A DNA stretch of 64,000 bases, taken from assembly GCA_963809895.1 (NCBI GenBank), contig CAWELD010000003.1:3040001-3104000 (forward strand), read 5' to 3'. Within the stretch, counting starts at the first letter, position 1; each line of letters begins with the position of its first letter. The notes beneath the pieces were generated by a model that did not search any database, was not told the origin of the DNA, and was given only the letters and a program-made list of their open reading frames with translations. This DNA comes from an uncultured Gemmatimonadales bacterium. GTDB taxonomy: Bacteria > Gemmatimonadota > Gemmatimonadetes > Longimicrobiales > Gaopeijiaceae. The position numbers and the translations under genes were made by a program. Below, piece by piece: positions 38,987 through 47,494 of the stretch.

Positions 38987-39781
38987 ATGACCCTCTCCCA
39001 GGGCCCCTCCGCTTCCCCCGCCCCCAACCTGGTGTGGATCGAGCCCCAGACGTGGCGAGTCGTGGCTCGCCAAGCGACGGACGCCGCACAGGTGCGGTTG
39101 GGCACCCTCTGCGTCGTGAGAGTTCACTACCGATCGACCGGCCGAGATCTCGCGACCCTCGTTCGCAAGCTACGATGCCTCCACTCCGGTTCGCCCATCG
39201 TGGTGCAGACGGGGACTTGGGCAAGCTCGCATGACACCCTCGAAATCGCCCGATGCGTCGAGCACTACGGATGCTCGGGCGCGCTCGCTGCTGGACAGGA
39301 TCTCGAAAACCTCATCCCGCAGCTCACCGACGCAAGCGCCCTCTTGCCGAGGATCGCGCGGTGGCTGTTCCTGACGGGCCGAACGTCGCTGGACGAGGCG
39401 GCTTTCGTCGAGTCCGCGTTCGCATCTTGGGAGACCCGTACCACCGTAAAGGGCGCCGTGCGCGGAGTGGCGCCACCTCGCACGGTGCGGGATCGCTTTC
39501 GTAGAGCTGGGCTCCCGACGCCGTACGAGTGGTTGAACGCCCTCCACTTACTGCAGGGTCTCCTGAGGCTTCAAGCCGCGTACCGTGGTTCCCGGCCCAC
39601 TCCGTACGTAGGCCCCGGGCCATCCGCCGCCGACCGTCCGCTGGAGGAGAACCGTTCGGAACTGATCGGCCTTTCAGCGGACGACGCGGTACGCGTGCTG
39701 GGATGGGAGCCTCTGATGGCATCGTGGTTGGGTAGCCCGGGCGGGCGGAGGGCGGGAGGTAATGCTCGTGGCGCTGCGTAG
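38987..39781 (+). CDS. Hypothetical regulator, possibly with a degenerate AraC-like HTH
   Basis: RTVRDRFRRAGLPTPYEWL segment resembles the first AraC HTH; start uncertain. Confidence 0.5.
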   Translation: MTLSQGPSASPAPNLVWIEPQTWRVVARQATDAAQVRLGTLCVVRVHYRSTGRDLATLVRKLRCLHSGSPIVVQTGTWASSHDTLEIARCVEHYGCSGALAAGQDLENLIPQLTDASALLPRIARWLFLTGRTSLDEAAFVESAFASWETRTTVKGAVRGVAPPRTVRDRFRRAGLPTPYEWLNALHLLQGLLRLQAAYRGSRPTPYVGPGPSAADRPLEENRSELIGLSADDAVRVLGWEPLMASWLGSPGGRRAGGNARGAA

Positions 39782-40757
39782 ACATCGCCTTGGCGTGCGG
39801 AACCTCATGCTCGCGGCGGGGATCATCGGCCTTTCGACTGCTGCATTGGCCCGGACCCACTTCGCTCGGTCGAGTGCCGCGGAAGCATGCGCTCCAGACG
39901 CAAGACTGCGACTCGAGTTGAGCCGGGTGGTGTCGGGCCCTTTCGTTGCACCGCCGGTCGCGCTGATCCCGAACGGCGACAGCTCCTTCATCGCCCTCGA
40001 CCAGTCGGGTACCATCCGCTCGGTGGGCGACGGTCCGGAATTGGCGGGTTTGGATCCGTCGCTGGCCTACGCCGGGGCGACGCGTGGAGGGGACGAGAGC
40101 ATCGTCTACACCGACCGAACACTGTTCAGACTCGCGTCAGGCCGCGACGTATGGGCGCCGCTCGCACTCGACAGTGTGGCTGGAATACGGAGTGTGGCAG
40201 TGGACGGAGCGGACGGAAGTCTGTGGATCGCCACCGGGGACGACGATCATTTCACAGTCCGCCGATTCAACTCTCGCCAGCGCTCAGGGCCGGCGGACCG
40301 CGAAGCCTTCCGAAATTCGGGGGCATGGGAACTCACCGGTAATTGGCGGCTCGCGCCCGTGGGCGCGGGTGCCGCCCTCGCCATTTCCACCCGACTTCCG
40401 TTCGAAGTCTCCCGCCTCCACGGCGATGGGCGATCCACCGCATTGACGCCCCTGCGCATGTCCGACCGCTACCCCATCTGGCCCGACAGCGCGGCGCCCT
40501 ACGTCTCCGGCCTGGCCCCGCTGGACTGCGGCGGCGTGTTGGTGACGCTTGCGGACCTACGCTCCCGAACGCGGTGGCTGTTCCTCATCGACGAGCGGAG
40601 TGCCGAGGTCCGCAAGACCACGAAGATCGAGGCCACAATGGGGTTCTTCTACGCCGATCCTGAAGACCACGCACTCTACGGATTTCGAGCGACGCGAGAC
40701 GGGGGAGAGATGCTCGTGTATCGCTGGACCTGGCTCGCCCCCACAGGTGGCGAGTAG
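39762..40757 (+). CDS. Hypothetical exported protein, probable beta-propeller
   Basis: Hydrophobic N-terminus; short beta-strand repeats such as SVAVDGADGSLWIA. Confidence 0.6.
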   Translation: MLVALRRHRLGVRNLMLAAGIIGLSTAALARTHFARSSAAEACAPDARLRLELSRVVSGPFVAPPVALIPNGDSSFIALDQSGTIRSVGDGPELAGLDPSLAYAGATRGGDESIVYTDRTLFRLASGRDVWAPLALDSVAGIRSVAVDGADGSLWIATGDDDHFTVRRFNSRQRSGPADREAFRNSGAWELTGNWRLAPVGAGAALAISTRLPFEVSRLHGDGRSTALTPLRMSDRYPIWPDSAAPYVSGLAPLDCGGVLVTLADLRSRTRWLFLIDERSAEVRKTTKIEATMGFFYADPEDHALYGFRATRDGGEMLVYRWTWLAPTGGE

Positions 40758-40779
40758 ACTATCAACGAAGGAGGTATCC

Positions 40780-41189
40780 ATGAAGACGCTGTTTCTGACC
40801 ACCGCGCTGCTCGTCGCGGCGCTGTTCAGCATCCCCGAGCACGCCGCCGCGCAGTCGGGCTGCATCACGCCCGAGCACTGCGTGAACCCCACCGGTGGCG
40901 GGGACCAAGACGTGCGAGGACGGAATCGGTCGGGTTCGACTTCGAGGAGTGCGAGGTGATCGTGGGCTTCTGCCAGCTTAGTGATCGCTGCGGCTTCGCA
41001 TACTTGGATCTCCCGGCCGATGAGGACGTGACTCCGGCTGGAACCCTGCGGTCGGTCGCCACTGTGAAGAACGCCGCCGTGGTTGCGAGCGTGCTGACTC
41101 GCGAGAAGGTGGTTCGCTCCTGCAGAGGCCTGATCGTGGCCGTCGCCGAGTCGTCGGAGGTGCGCCCCGCCGTCATCGTGATGGACTGA
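40780..41189 (+). CDS. Small secreted cysteine-rich protein; apparent frameshift near 40900-40935
   Basis: AAGGAGGT RBS, signal peptide ending AAA-Q, GCITPEHC; continues in another frame as GFDFEECEVIVGFCQLSDRC...RSCRGLIV. Confidence 0.6.
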
Positions 41190-41208
41190 AGGAAGGAACC
41201 AGACACCC

Positions 41209-42387
41209 ATGAGCATCTCTCCCCCGAACGTATGCAGGCACGAAGGTCTTCAAGGCATGGCGCGTTGGTTTCTGCTCGTGTGCCTGCTCGGCGCGCCCGG
41301 CCGGTCTGCAGCCCAGGACCTCCAGGTCCGGAAACTCTGGGAGAAGGGCGAGGTCGACGGCCCGCCGGAGACCATCTGGGTGCGGATCGAAGACGCCACG
41401 ATCCTCCACGGACGTGTCTACGCCGTGGACATCGCGGCCCCCACCGTGCGGGCGTTCTCGGTGGCGGGAGACTATCTCGGGGAACTTGGCGGCAAGGGGC
41501 AGGGGCCCGGCGAGTTCGCTCTTCCCAACTTCGCCTCGGTGTTCCGCGACTCTCTTCGCGTATATGACCTGGGCATAAGACGGGTCGTAGTCTACGACGA
41601 CGCCGGCAACCACGCGCGGACCAGCAGCCTGTTGGCGTCGCGCTTTCAGGGTGGTGCTGTCTACTGGACAGAGAAGCTCTGGCCCGCGCGTTTCGGATGG
41701 TCTATCGGCGTCACGGCGCTCATCGACAGGAGTCATCCGAGCCAGTCCCTGAGTTGGCACCATCTCCTGGCCTGGAACAGCATCGACCAGGTCGATACGG
41801 TCGCCACCTATGATGGAAATCCCCTTCGATTCCGGAGGAAGTTGAGCGACTCCCTTCACATCAGCACGAGCGGCTTCAGCAACCTCGGCCCCGACGGCGG
41901 AGTTTGGGTGATGGGGGACTCCCTGGTGGTGCGCGTAGACGGTTCAGCCTCCAGCGGCACCATCTACCAGATTGGTCCAGACGGCCTGACCCTCCTTCGC
42001 ACCAAGAAGCTGCCCGGTACGGCTCACCCCCTCACAAATAGGGATCGTGAAGCCGCCATCGCCTGGTTGTACCGCCGCTGGAACACGGAGCCCGGCGCCG
42101 AAGACGCGCCCATCGAGGTCGTCCCCCCCGACCACTGGTCCGCCTGGACCAAGGTCGTCGGTGACGAGAAGGGCAACATCTGGATGCGCCAGGGCGGACC
42201 CAGGATCCTGGACCCCGACAAGGGCGAGCGATGGGCCCGCTGGTCGCTGGCGGACGACTCCCTGCGCTGGGTCGAACTCCCGCCGGGCGTCGAGGGACTT
42301 CGCTTCCGGGAGGGCTACGTCGTGGGCCTGGAGCGCGGCCAGTTCGGTGTGCAGTCGCTGGTGCTGCTCGAATTGGTGGGGGGTTAG
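41209..42387 (+). CDS. 6-bladed beta-propeller (NHL/TolB-like) protein
   Basis: GRVYAVD, LGGKGQGPGEF, DSLRVYD, GDEKGNIW; signal peptide from about 41257. Confidence 0.8.
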   Translation: MSISPPNVCRHEGLQGMARWFLLVCLLGAPGRSAAQDLQVRKLWEKGEVDGPPETIWVRIEDATILHGRVYAVDIAAPTVRAFSVAGDYLGELGGKGQGPGEFALPNFASVFRDSLRVYDLGIRRVVVYDDAGNHARTSSLLASRFQGGAVYWTEKLWPARFGWSIGVTALIDRSHPSQSLSWHHLLAWNSIDQVDTVATYDGNPLRFRRKLSDSLHISTSGFSNLGPDGGVWVMGDSLVVRVDGSASSGTIYQIGPDGLTLLRTKKLPGTAHPLTNRDREAAIAWLYRRWNTEPGAEDAPIEVVPPDHWSAWTKVVGDEKGNIWMRQGGPRILDPDKGERWARWSLADDSLRWVELPPGVEGLRFREGYVVGLERGQFGVQSLVLLELVGG

Positions 42388-42460
42388 GCCGGCGGGCGCA
42401 CCTACGACGCGGCTTTCGAGGTCTTGACGGGCGGCCCCGGTGCACGCGGGACAGGGCTCG

Positions 42461-42642
42461 AAGTCACAATGCAGCCCACAACGCCCCTGCAACCGACGCT
42501 CGGCCGCGGAGTGGCGAATAATCGCCTACACTGCAACCCACGGGGCCCGAAGCGCGCCGTCCGGGCGACATCGTGGCGAATTATTGCCCAATCCGGGGCG
42601 GATTGGGCTCACGGCAGGTCATGTGGGCGACATTCTGGCCAA
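42461..42642. repeat. Degenerate ~62 bp-period repeat element, copy 2 (orphan)
   Basis: GTCACAATGCAGCCCAC (42463), CCTACACTGCAACCCAC (42525), TTGCCCAATC (42584), inverted GTGGGCGACATTCTGGC (42623-42639). Confidence 0.7.
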
Positions 42643-42668
42643 TCGCCGGCCACCCTCCTCCGGCGAGC

Positions 42669-44471
42669 CTACCCCCGCTCGACCACGTGCCTCATGACCT
42701 CGCGGGCGCGCTCCGTGGCCAACGCCTCCGGTCCGATGAGGGCGGGAAAGATGGGCGGATACAGCGCGGAGGCCTGCGGCCCGCGCGCCATGGCCTCCAG
42801 GAGGTCCAGGGCAGCGTCCATGCCCTGCAGCTCCAGCGTGGCCAGGAAGCGCAGCTCCGGGCGTGCCATGAGCCGGGTCGCCACCGCGCCTTCCGAGCCC
42901 GGCAGGCCCCAGCGCGAGGGGCTCGCAGCACCCTCGGAAGTGTCGCCGCCCCCCTGGGCCAACGCCTCGAGGAGCTCCCGACGGCGTCCCCGATCAGCCA
43001 GGGCCTGCTCGACGCTGGCGCCGGCCGCCGCGTCGCCCCCGATCTCGGCCACGCGCCGGAACGCCTGGCCGACACGGTTCCAGAGGCCGAGTCTCATGAA
43101 GAAATAGGCGGCGAAGGTATGGACCAGCTCCGCGTCGGGGAGCAGCTCCATGGACTTGTCGAGTTGCGCGAGCGCGTCGTCGTATCGCCCGAGCATCATC
43201 AACGCCTCGGCCTTCTCCACGAGGATGGCGGGAGCGACCGGGTCCAGGGACTCCGCCACGTCGATGGAGGCCAGGGCCCCCTCGCCGTCCAGCTTCATCA
43301 TGAGCAGGTCGGCCAGCCAATGATGGGCGGTGGCGTATCCGGGACTGTAGCGAATCGCCTCCCGAAACCAGTGCTCACTCTGGACCAGGTCACCTCGTTG
43401 CATCGCGCCGTCACCCAGGGCCGTGTAGGCGGACGGAAGCTCGGGATCGAGGTCGATGGCACGCCGAGCCGCAGCTCCGGCCCGTGCCAGGGCTTCTCCA
43501 CGGGTGATCCCCGGAACCGCGTACTCCTGCGGCGTGCTGAGAGTGTAGGCCAGCGCCAGACCACCCCAGGCTTCTGCGTAGGACGAATCGGCGGCGATGG
43601 CCTCCTGGAAGAGCGCGGTGGCCTTCTCCATGTCCTCGGTCGTCCGAAGCGTCCAGTGGTGCACACCCAGGTAGAACGCGCGTTGGGCGTCGGGGCTCAA
43701 CGTGCCACCGCGTACGATGCGCTCATCCTCTCCACCCGCGAGACGCCCGCGCAGGGCTGCCACGATGTCGCGGGCGACGGCGTCCTGCAGATCGAACAGG
43801 TCGGCCTCGTCCACCTCGTCGTCGAACTGCTCGGCCCACTGGTTCTCGCCGGTGCGGGTGTCGACCAGGCTGGCCGTGATGCGGACGCGGCCCCCGACCT
43901 GAGCCACCGTCCCTTCCACGATGGATCCCGCACCCAGCCGCCGCCCGATCTCCCGCACGTCTCCCGAATCGCGAAAGGCGAAGGCCGATGTGCGCGCGAC
44001 CACACGGAGGTCGTCGATGCGCGCCAGCGCGCTGATGAGCGTCTCGGCGATGCCGTCGCCCAGGTAGTCCCTCCCGCCGTCGGGGCTCAGGTCCCGGAAT
44101 GGAAGGACCGCCAGCGTCGATGCCGGTGCCAGCGATGCGGCCGCAGCGTCGGGCACCTGGTCACGTGCGGGGCGCGAGCGCCACGCGGCGGTGGCACCGG
44201 CCAGGCCGAGAACGACCAACATCGAGAGAAGGACGGTCTCGGCGGCCGAGACCCTTTGCCGGCCCCGCTCCCCGTGGAACCACGCAAGCACCACGGTAAC
44301 CCCCAGCCCAGCCACCAGGAGCGCGAAGGCCACCCGGCCCACCCCCGGCGACCAGTCCCACATGCCTCCGAGCACGTCGATCCCCTGGAGGATCAGCCAG
44401 GCCGCCGCGGCGTAGGCGAGGACCCACTGGATCAGCTTGCGATCGGAGAGGCGCGAGAGGCGGTCGGGCAT
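42669..44471 (-). CDS. Membrane protein with TolB-N-like domain and TPR repeats
   Basis: RKLIQWVLAYAAAAW TM region, LAVLPFRDLS...DGIAETLISAL...LRVVARTSAF, TPRs. Confidence 0.85.
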   Translation of the reverse strand: MPDRLSRLSDRKLIQWVLAYAAAAWLILQGIDVLGGMWDWSPGVGRVAFALLVAGLGVTVVLAWFHGERGRQRVSAAETVLLSMLVVLGLAGATAAWRSRPARDQVPDAAAASLAPASTLAVLPFRDLSPDGGRDYLGDGIAETLISALARIDDLRVVARTSAFAFRDSGDVREIGRRLGAGSIVEGTVAQVGGRVRITASLVDTRTGENQWAEQFDDEVDEADLFDLQDAVARDIVAALRGRLAGGEDERIVRGGTLSPDAQRAFYLGVHHWTLRTTEDMEKATALFQEAIAADSSYAEAWGGLALAYTLSTPQEYAVPGITRGEALARAGAAARRAIDLDPELPSAYTALGDGAMQRGDLVQSEHWFREAIRYSPGYATAHHWLADLLMMKLDGEGALASIDVAESLDPVAPAILVEKAEALMMLGRYDDALAQLDKSMELLPDAELVHTFAAYFFMRLGLWNRVGQAFRRVAEIGGDAAAGASVEQALADRGRRRELLEALAQGGGDTSEGAASPSRWGLPGSEGAVATRLMARPELRFLATLELQGMDAALDLLEAMARGPQASALYPPIFPALIGPEALATERAREVMRHVVERG

Positions 44472-44552
44472 GTCGCAAAGTGACTGGAACGCGCGCCGTG
44501 GCGCCAGCCTGCGCACTGGACCATGCGCCGCTCTTTCCGCTAGCATCCATCC

Positions 44553-44879
44553 ATGGCTCGCCTGCTTCTCACCTGGATCGGCTTCACCGTCCTGCAACTC
44601 GGGGCGCCCAGCGGCCCGAGCGTGGCGGCGTTCCGTCCGGGTGGCGAGTCCACCCACGCGGTGCCACAGGTCGAGCTGCGCTCGTCGGCTGCGTTCGCCC
44701 TCAGCGACGCCCGGGGGCACGACCTCCGGGGGGAGCACGCCGCGCCACCCCTGCCGTCCAGACCTGGACGGCTCACCCTCGCTCCTCCCTGCGGCGCGCT
44801 GACGCCGCAGATCCCCGGACCGTCCGGTCCGGCGTCGAGCGGGCTCGCCCTCCCGGAAGCCCGAGCCCCTCCCGCGTAG
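44553..44879 (+). CDS. Putative secDF-monitoring translation arrest leader peptide (RAPP motif)
   Basis: 108 aa; hydrophobic N-terminus, low-complexity linker, ends ARAPPA-stop; 104 nt upstream of secDF. Confidence 0.7.
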   Translation: MARLLLTWIGFTVLQLGAPSGPSVAAFRPGGESTHAVPQVELRSSAAFALSDARGHDLRGEHAAPPLPSRPGRLTLAPPCGALTPQIPGPSGPASSGLALPEARAPPA

Positions 44880-44970
44880 TCCCTGCTCCGACAACACGAC
44901 GAACGATCTCGCGCCGGCCGACACTGCGGCGGGGCGCGTACGCTCGTCCATCGTTCACGACAGGACTACG
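44875..44970 (+). promoter_or_regulatory. Predicted long stem-loop linking the leader stop codon to the region before the secDF start
   Basis: CGTAGTCC(C)TG 44875-44885 pairs with CAGGACTACG 44961-44970; GAACGAT 44901-44907 with ATCGTTC 44950-44956; CGCGCC 44910-44915 with GGCGCG 44933-44938. Confidence 0.6.
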
Positions 44971-44983
44971 ACGGTGAAGACCC

Positions 44984-47418
44984 ATGAAGACCATCCGATC
45001 ACGCATGCTGCTGATCGCCCTGCTCGCGCTGGGCAGTGTGGTATCCCTCCTTCCTCGCACGGTCACGGAACGCGCCTACGATCCGGACACCGGCCATGTG
45101 GTCGAGACCACGGCGCGCAGGGTCCCCATCGAGCTCGGTCTCGATCTGCGCGGGGGAACGCACCTGGAACTCGAGGTGGACCGATCCAGGGCACCGAAGG
45201 CCGACTGCGCCGATGCCATCAGCGGTGCGGCGCAGATCATACGGAATCGCGTGGACGAGTTCGGCACCCTGAGCCCGGTCATCCAGGTCGCGGGGGATTG
45301 CCGGTTGATCGTCGAGCTGCCGGGCGAGCGCGACCCGGTGCGCGCCCGCGCAATCGTCCAACGGACCGCGTTTCTCGAATTTCGGCTGGTGGACGCCGAG
45401 GACCGGTTCGACAGGCTCGCCGCGTCGGTTGCCGAGGCGACGGGTGAGACCGGCGCACTCGTACGCGGGGCGATGCCGGGCGAGTATCTCGTGCCCGAGC
45501 GCCTGGCGGAGCCGGTCGAGAGCGCGCTCACATCGACTGGCTCCCGCAGGCTGCTGCCGTCCACCCTGGAGGTCCGGTGGGGGACGGAGGTACGCCAGCT
45601 TCGGGGCACGGCATACCGCGCCTTCTACGTCGTCGGGTCCGACGCCGTAGTCACGGGCGAGAAGCTGGTCGGGGCCATCTCCGCACACGACCCTCTCACG
45701 TCCACACCGCAGGTGCAGTTCGAGCTGACCCGCGCTGCCGGTGAGGCCTTCGCCGACGCCACCGGCCGCCATGTGGGCGAGTACCTCGCCATCCTCCTCG
45801 ACGGTCGCGTGCAGGGAGCGCCGGCGGTGATCCGCGAACGCATCGGCTCCACCGGACGCATCGAGTTGCCGGGCCGGTCGATGCAGGAAGCGGGAGACCT
45901 GGCGCTCACCCTTCGCGCCGGCGCGCTGCCGGCGCCACTGCGTGTGGTGGACCAACGCTCCGTCGGCCCGTCGCTGGGCAGCGATTCCATCGCCGCGGGC
46001 GTGCGCACGTCCGTGCTGGCGGTGGCCGTGGTGGTGCTGGCCATGACCCTCTACTACCGCTTCTCGGGCGTGCTCGCCGTGGGAGCGCTCGCCCTCTACC
46101 TCCTCTACTCCCTGGGCGGGCTGGCCGTGTTGGGCTCCACGCTGACGCTGCCCGGCATCGCGGGCTTCGCGCTGGCCATCGGCATGGCCGTGGATGCGAA
46201 CGTGCTCATCTTCGAGCGGATTCGCGAGGAGCTGTCGCCTTCGGGCTCGGCGCGTGTGGCGGTGGACCGGGGGTTCCGCCACGCCATGAGCGCCATCGTC
46301 GACTCGAACGTGACCACCGCCCTCACCGCCTTGATCCTCTATCGCGTGGGGACCGATCCGGTGAAGGGATTCGCGGTCACGCTGCTCATCGGCCTGTGTG
46401 CTTCGATGTTCGCCGCGGTCTTCGTCACCCGCACCCTCTTCCTGATCTGGCTGCGGCGGAAGGGGCGAAGCGCCAGACTCGCGTACCGGACCGTGAGGCC
46501 CCTCGCGCGGGCGCGCTACCGCTTCATGCGCGCACGGCGATGGGTCCTCGCTCTCTCGGGCACCTTCATCGTCGCCGGCCTGCTGATGCTCGCCGTGCGG
46601 GGCATGAGCTACGGCATCGACTTCACCGGAGGCACGCTGCTCCAGGTCCGCACCGAGAGGCCGGTTCCCATCACCACGATCCGCTCCGCTCTGGCGGACG
46701 GTCCCTCGGCGCGGCGGAGATCCAGCGCTACGGCTCCGACCGGGATTTCCTCGTCCGCACGGGCCCCGAGGACATCGGCACCGCGGCTCCCGCCGGGGCC
46801 GGCGGCTCCATGGCGCAGGGAGTTCGCTCGCAGGTGAGTGATGCCCTGGACGCGGCCCTCGGCCCCGACAGCCACGAGATGCTGCGCGCCGACGAGGTCA
46901 CGCCGCAGGTCGGCCACGAGCTCCAGCAGAGGGCCGCCGCGGCGATCGGACTCAGCTTCGTGAGCACGCTCGCCTATCTCGCGATCCGCTTCGAGTGGCG
47001 CCTGGGATCCGCAGCCGTGCTGACCACGGCCCACGACATCCTCGCCACCCTGGCCTTCATGCGGATCTTCAACCTGGAGATGAGCCTGATCACGGTGGCC
47101 GGGGTCCTCACCGTGATCGGCTATTCGCTCAACGACACCATCGTGATCTTCGACAGGGTACGCGAGAACCGGCGGGCGGGGCCCCGGGAGGGACTCCGGG
47201 AGGTGCTGGACCGATCCATCAACGAGACGCTGCCCAGAACCGTTCTCACGGCGGGGACCACCCTGCTCGCGGCACTCCTTCTGGCGAGCTTCGGCGGCGA
47301 GACCATCCGACCGCTGGCACTCGTCATGAGCTTCGGCATCACGGTGGGCACGTTGTCTTCGATCTTCGTGGCATCACCGGTGCTTCTGTGGCTCACCCCC
47401 TCCGGGGATCGCTCCTGA
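44984..47418 (+). CDS. secDF: Fused protein translocase subunit SecDF; apparent frameshift near 46703-46705
   Basis: LGLDLRGG, LRAGALPAPL, VGPSLG, GMAVDANVLIFERIREE, DSNVTT, GIDFTGG, then HD, GYSLNDTIVIFDRVREN, INETLPRT in the next frame; one added base gives ~810 aa. Confidence 0.92.
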
Positions 47419-47439
47419 GGCGTTCCGCGCTCCCGACGC

Positions 47440-47476
47440 ACGAGCCCCCGCCGATGTCACCCCGGTGGGGGCTCGT
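47440..47476. terminator. Hairpin between convergent genes, probable terminator
   Basis: ACGAGCCCCCGCCG / CGGTGGGGGCTCGT 14 bp stem with one G-U pair. Confidence 0.6.
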
Positions 47477-47494
47477 TATGGGTGTGCGACCGGG

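Noticed and set aside
46690..46720. Programmed frameshift or separate secD and secF genes
   Set aside because: The break falls inside the SecF portion after GIDFTGG, there is no slippery heptamer, and similar one-base indels recur across the window
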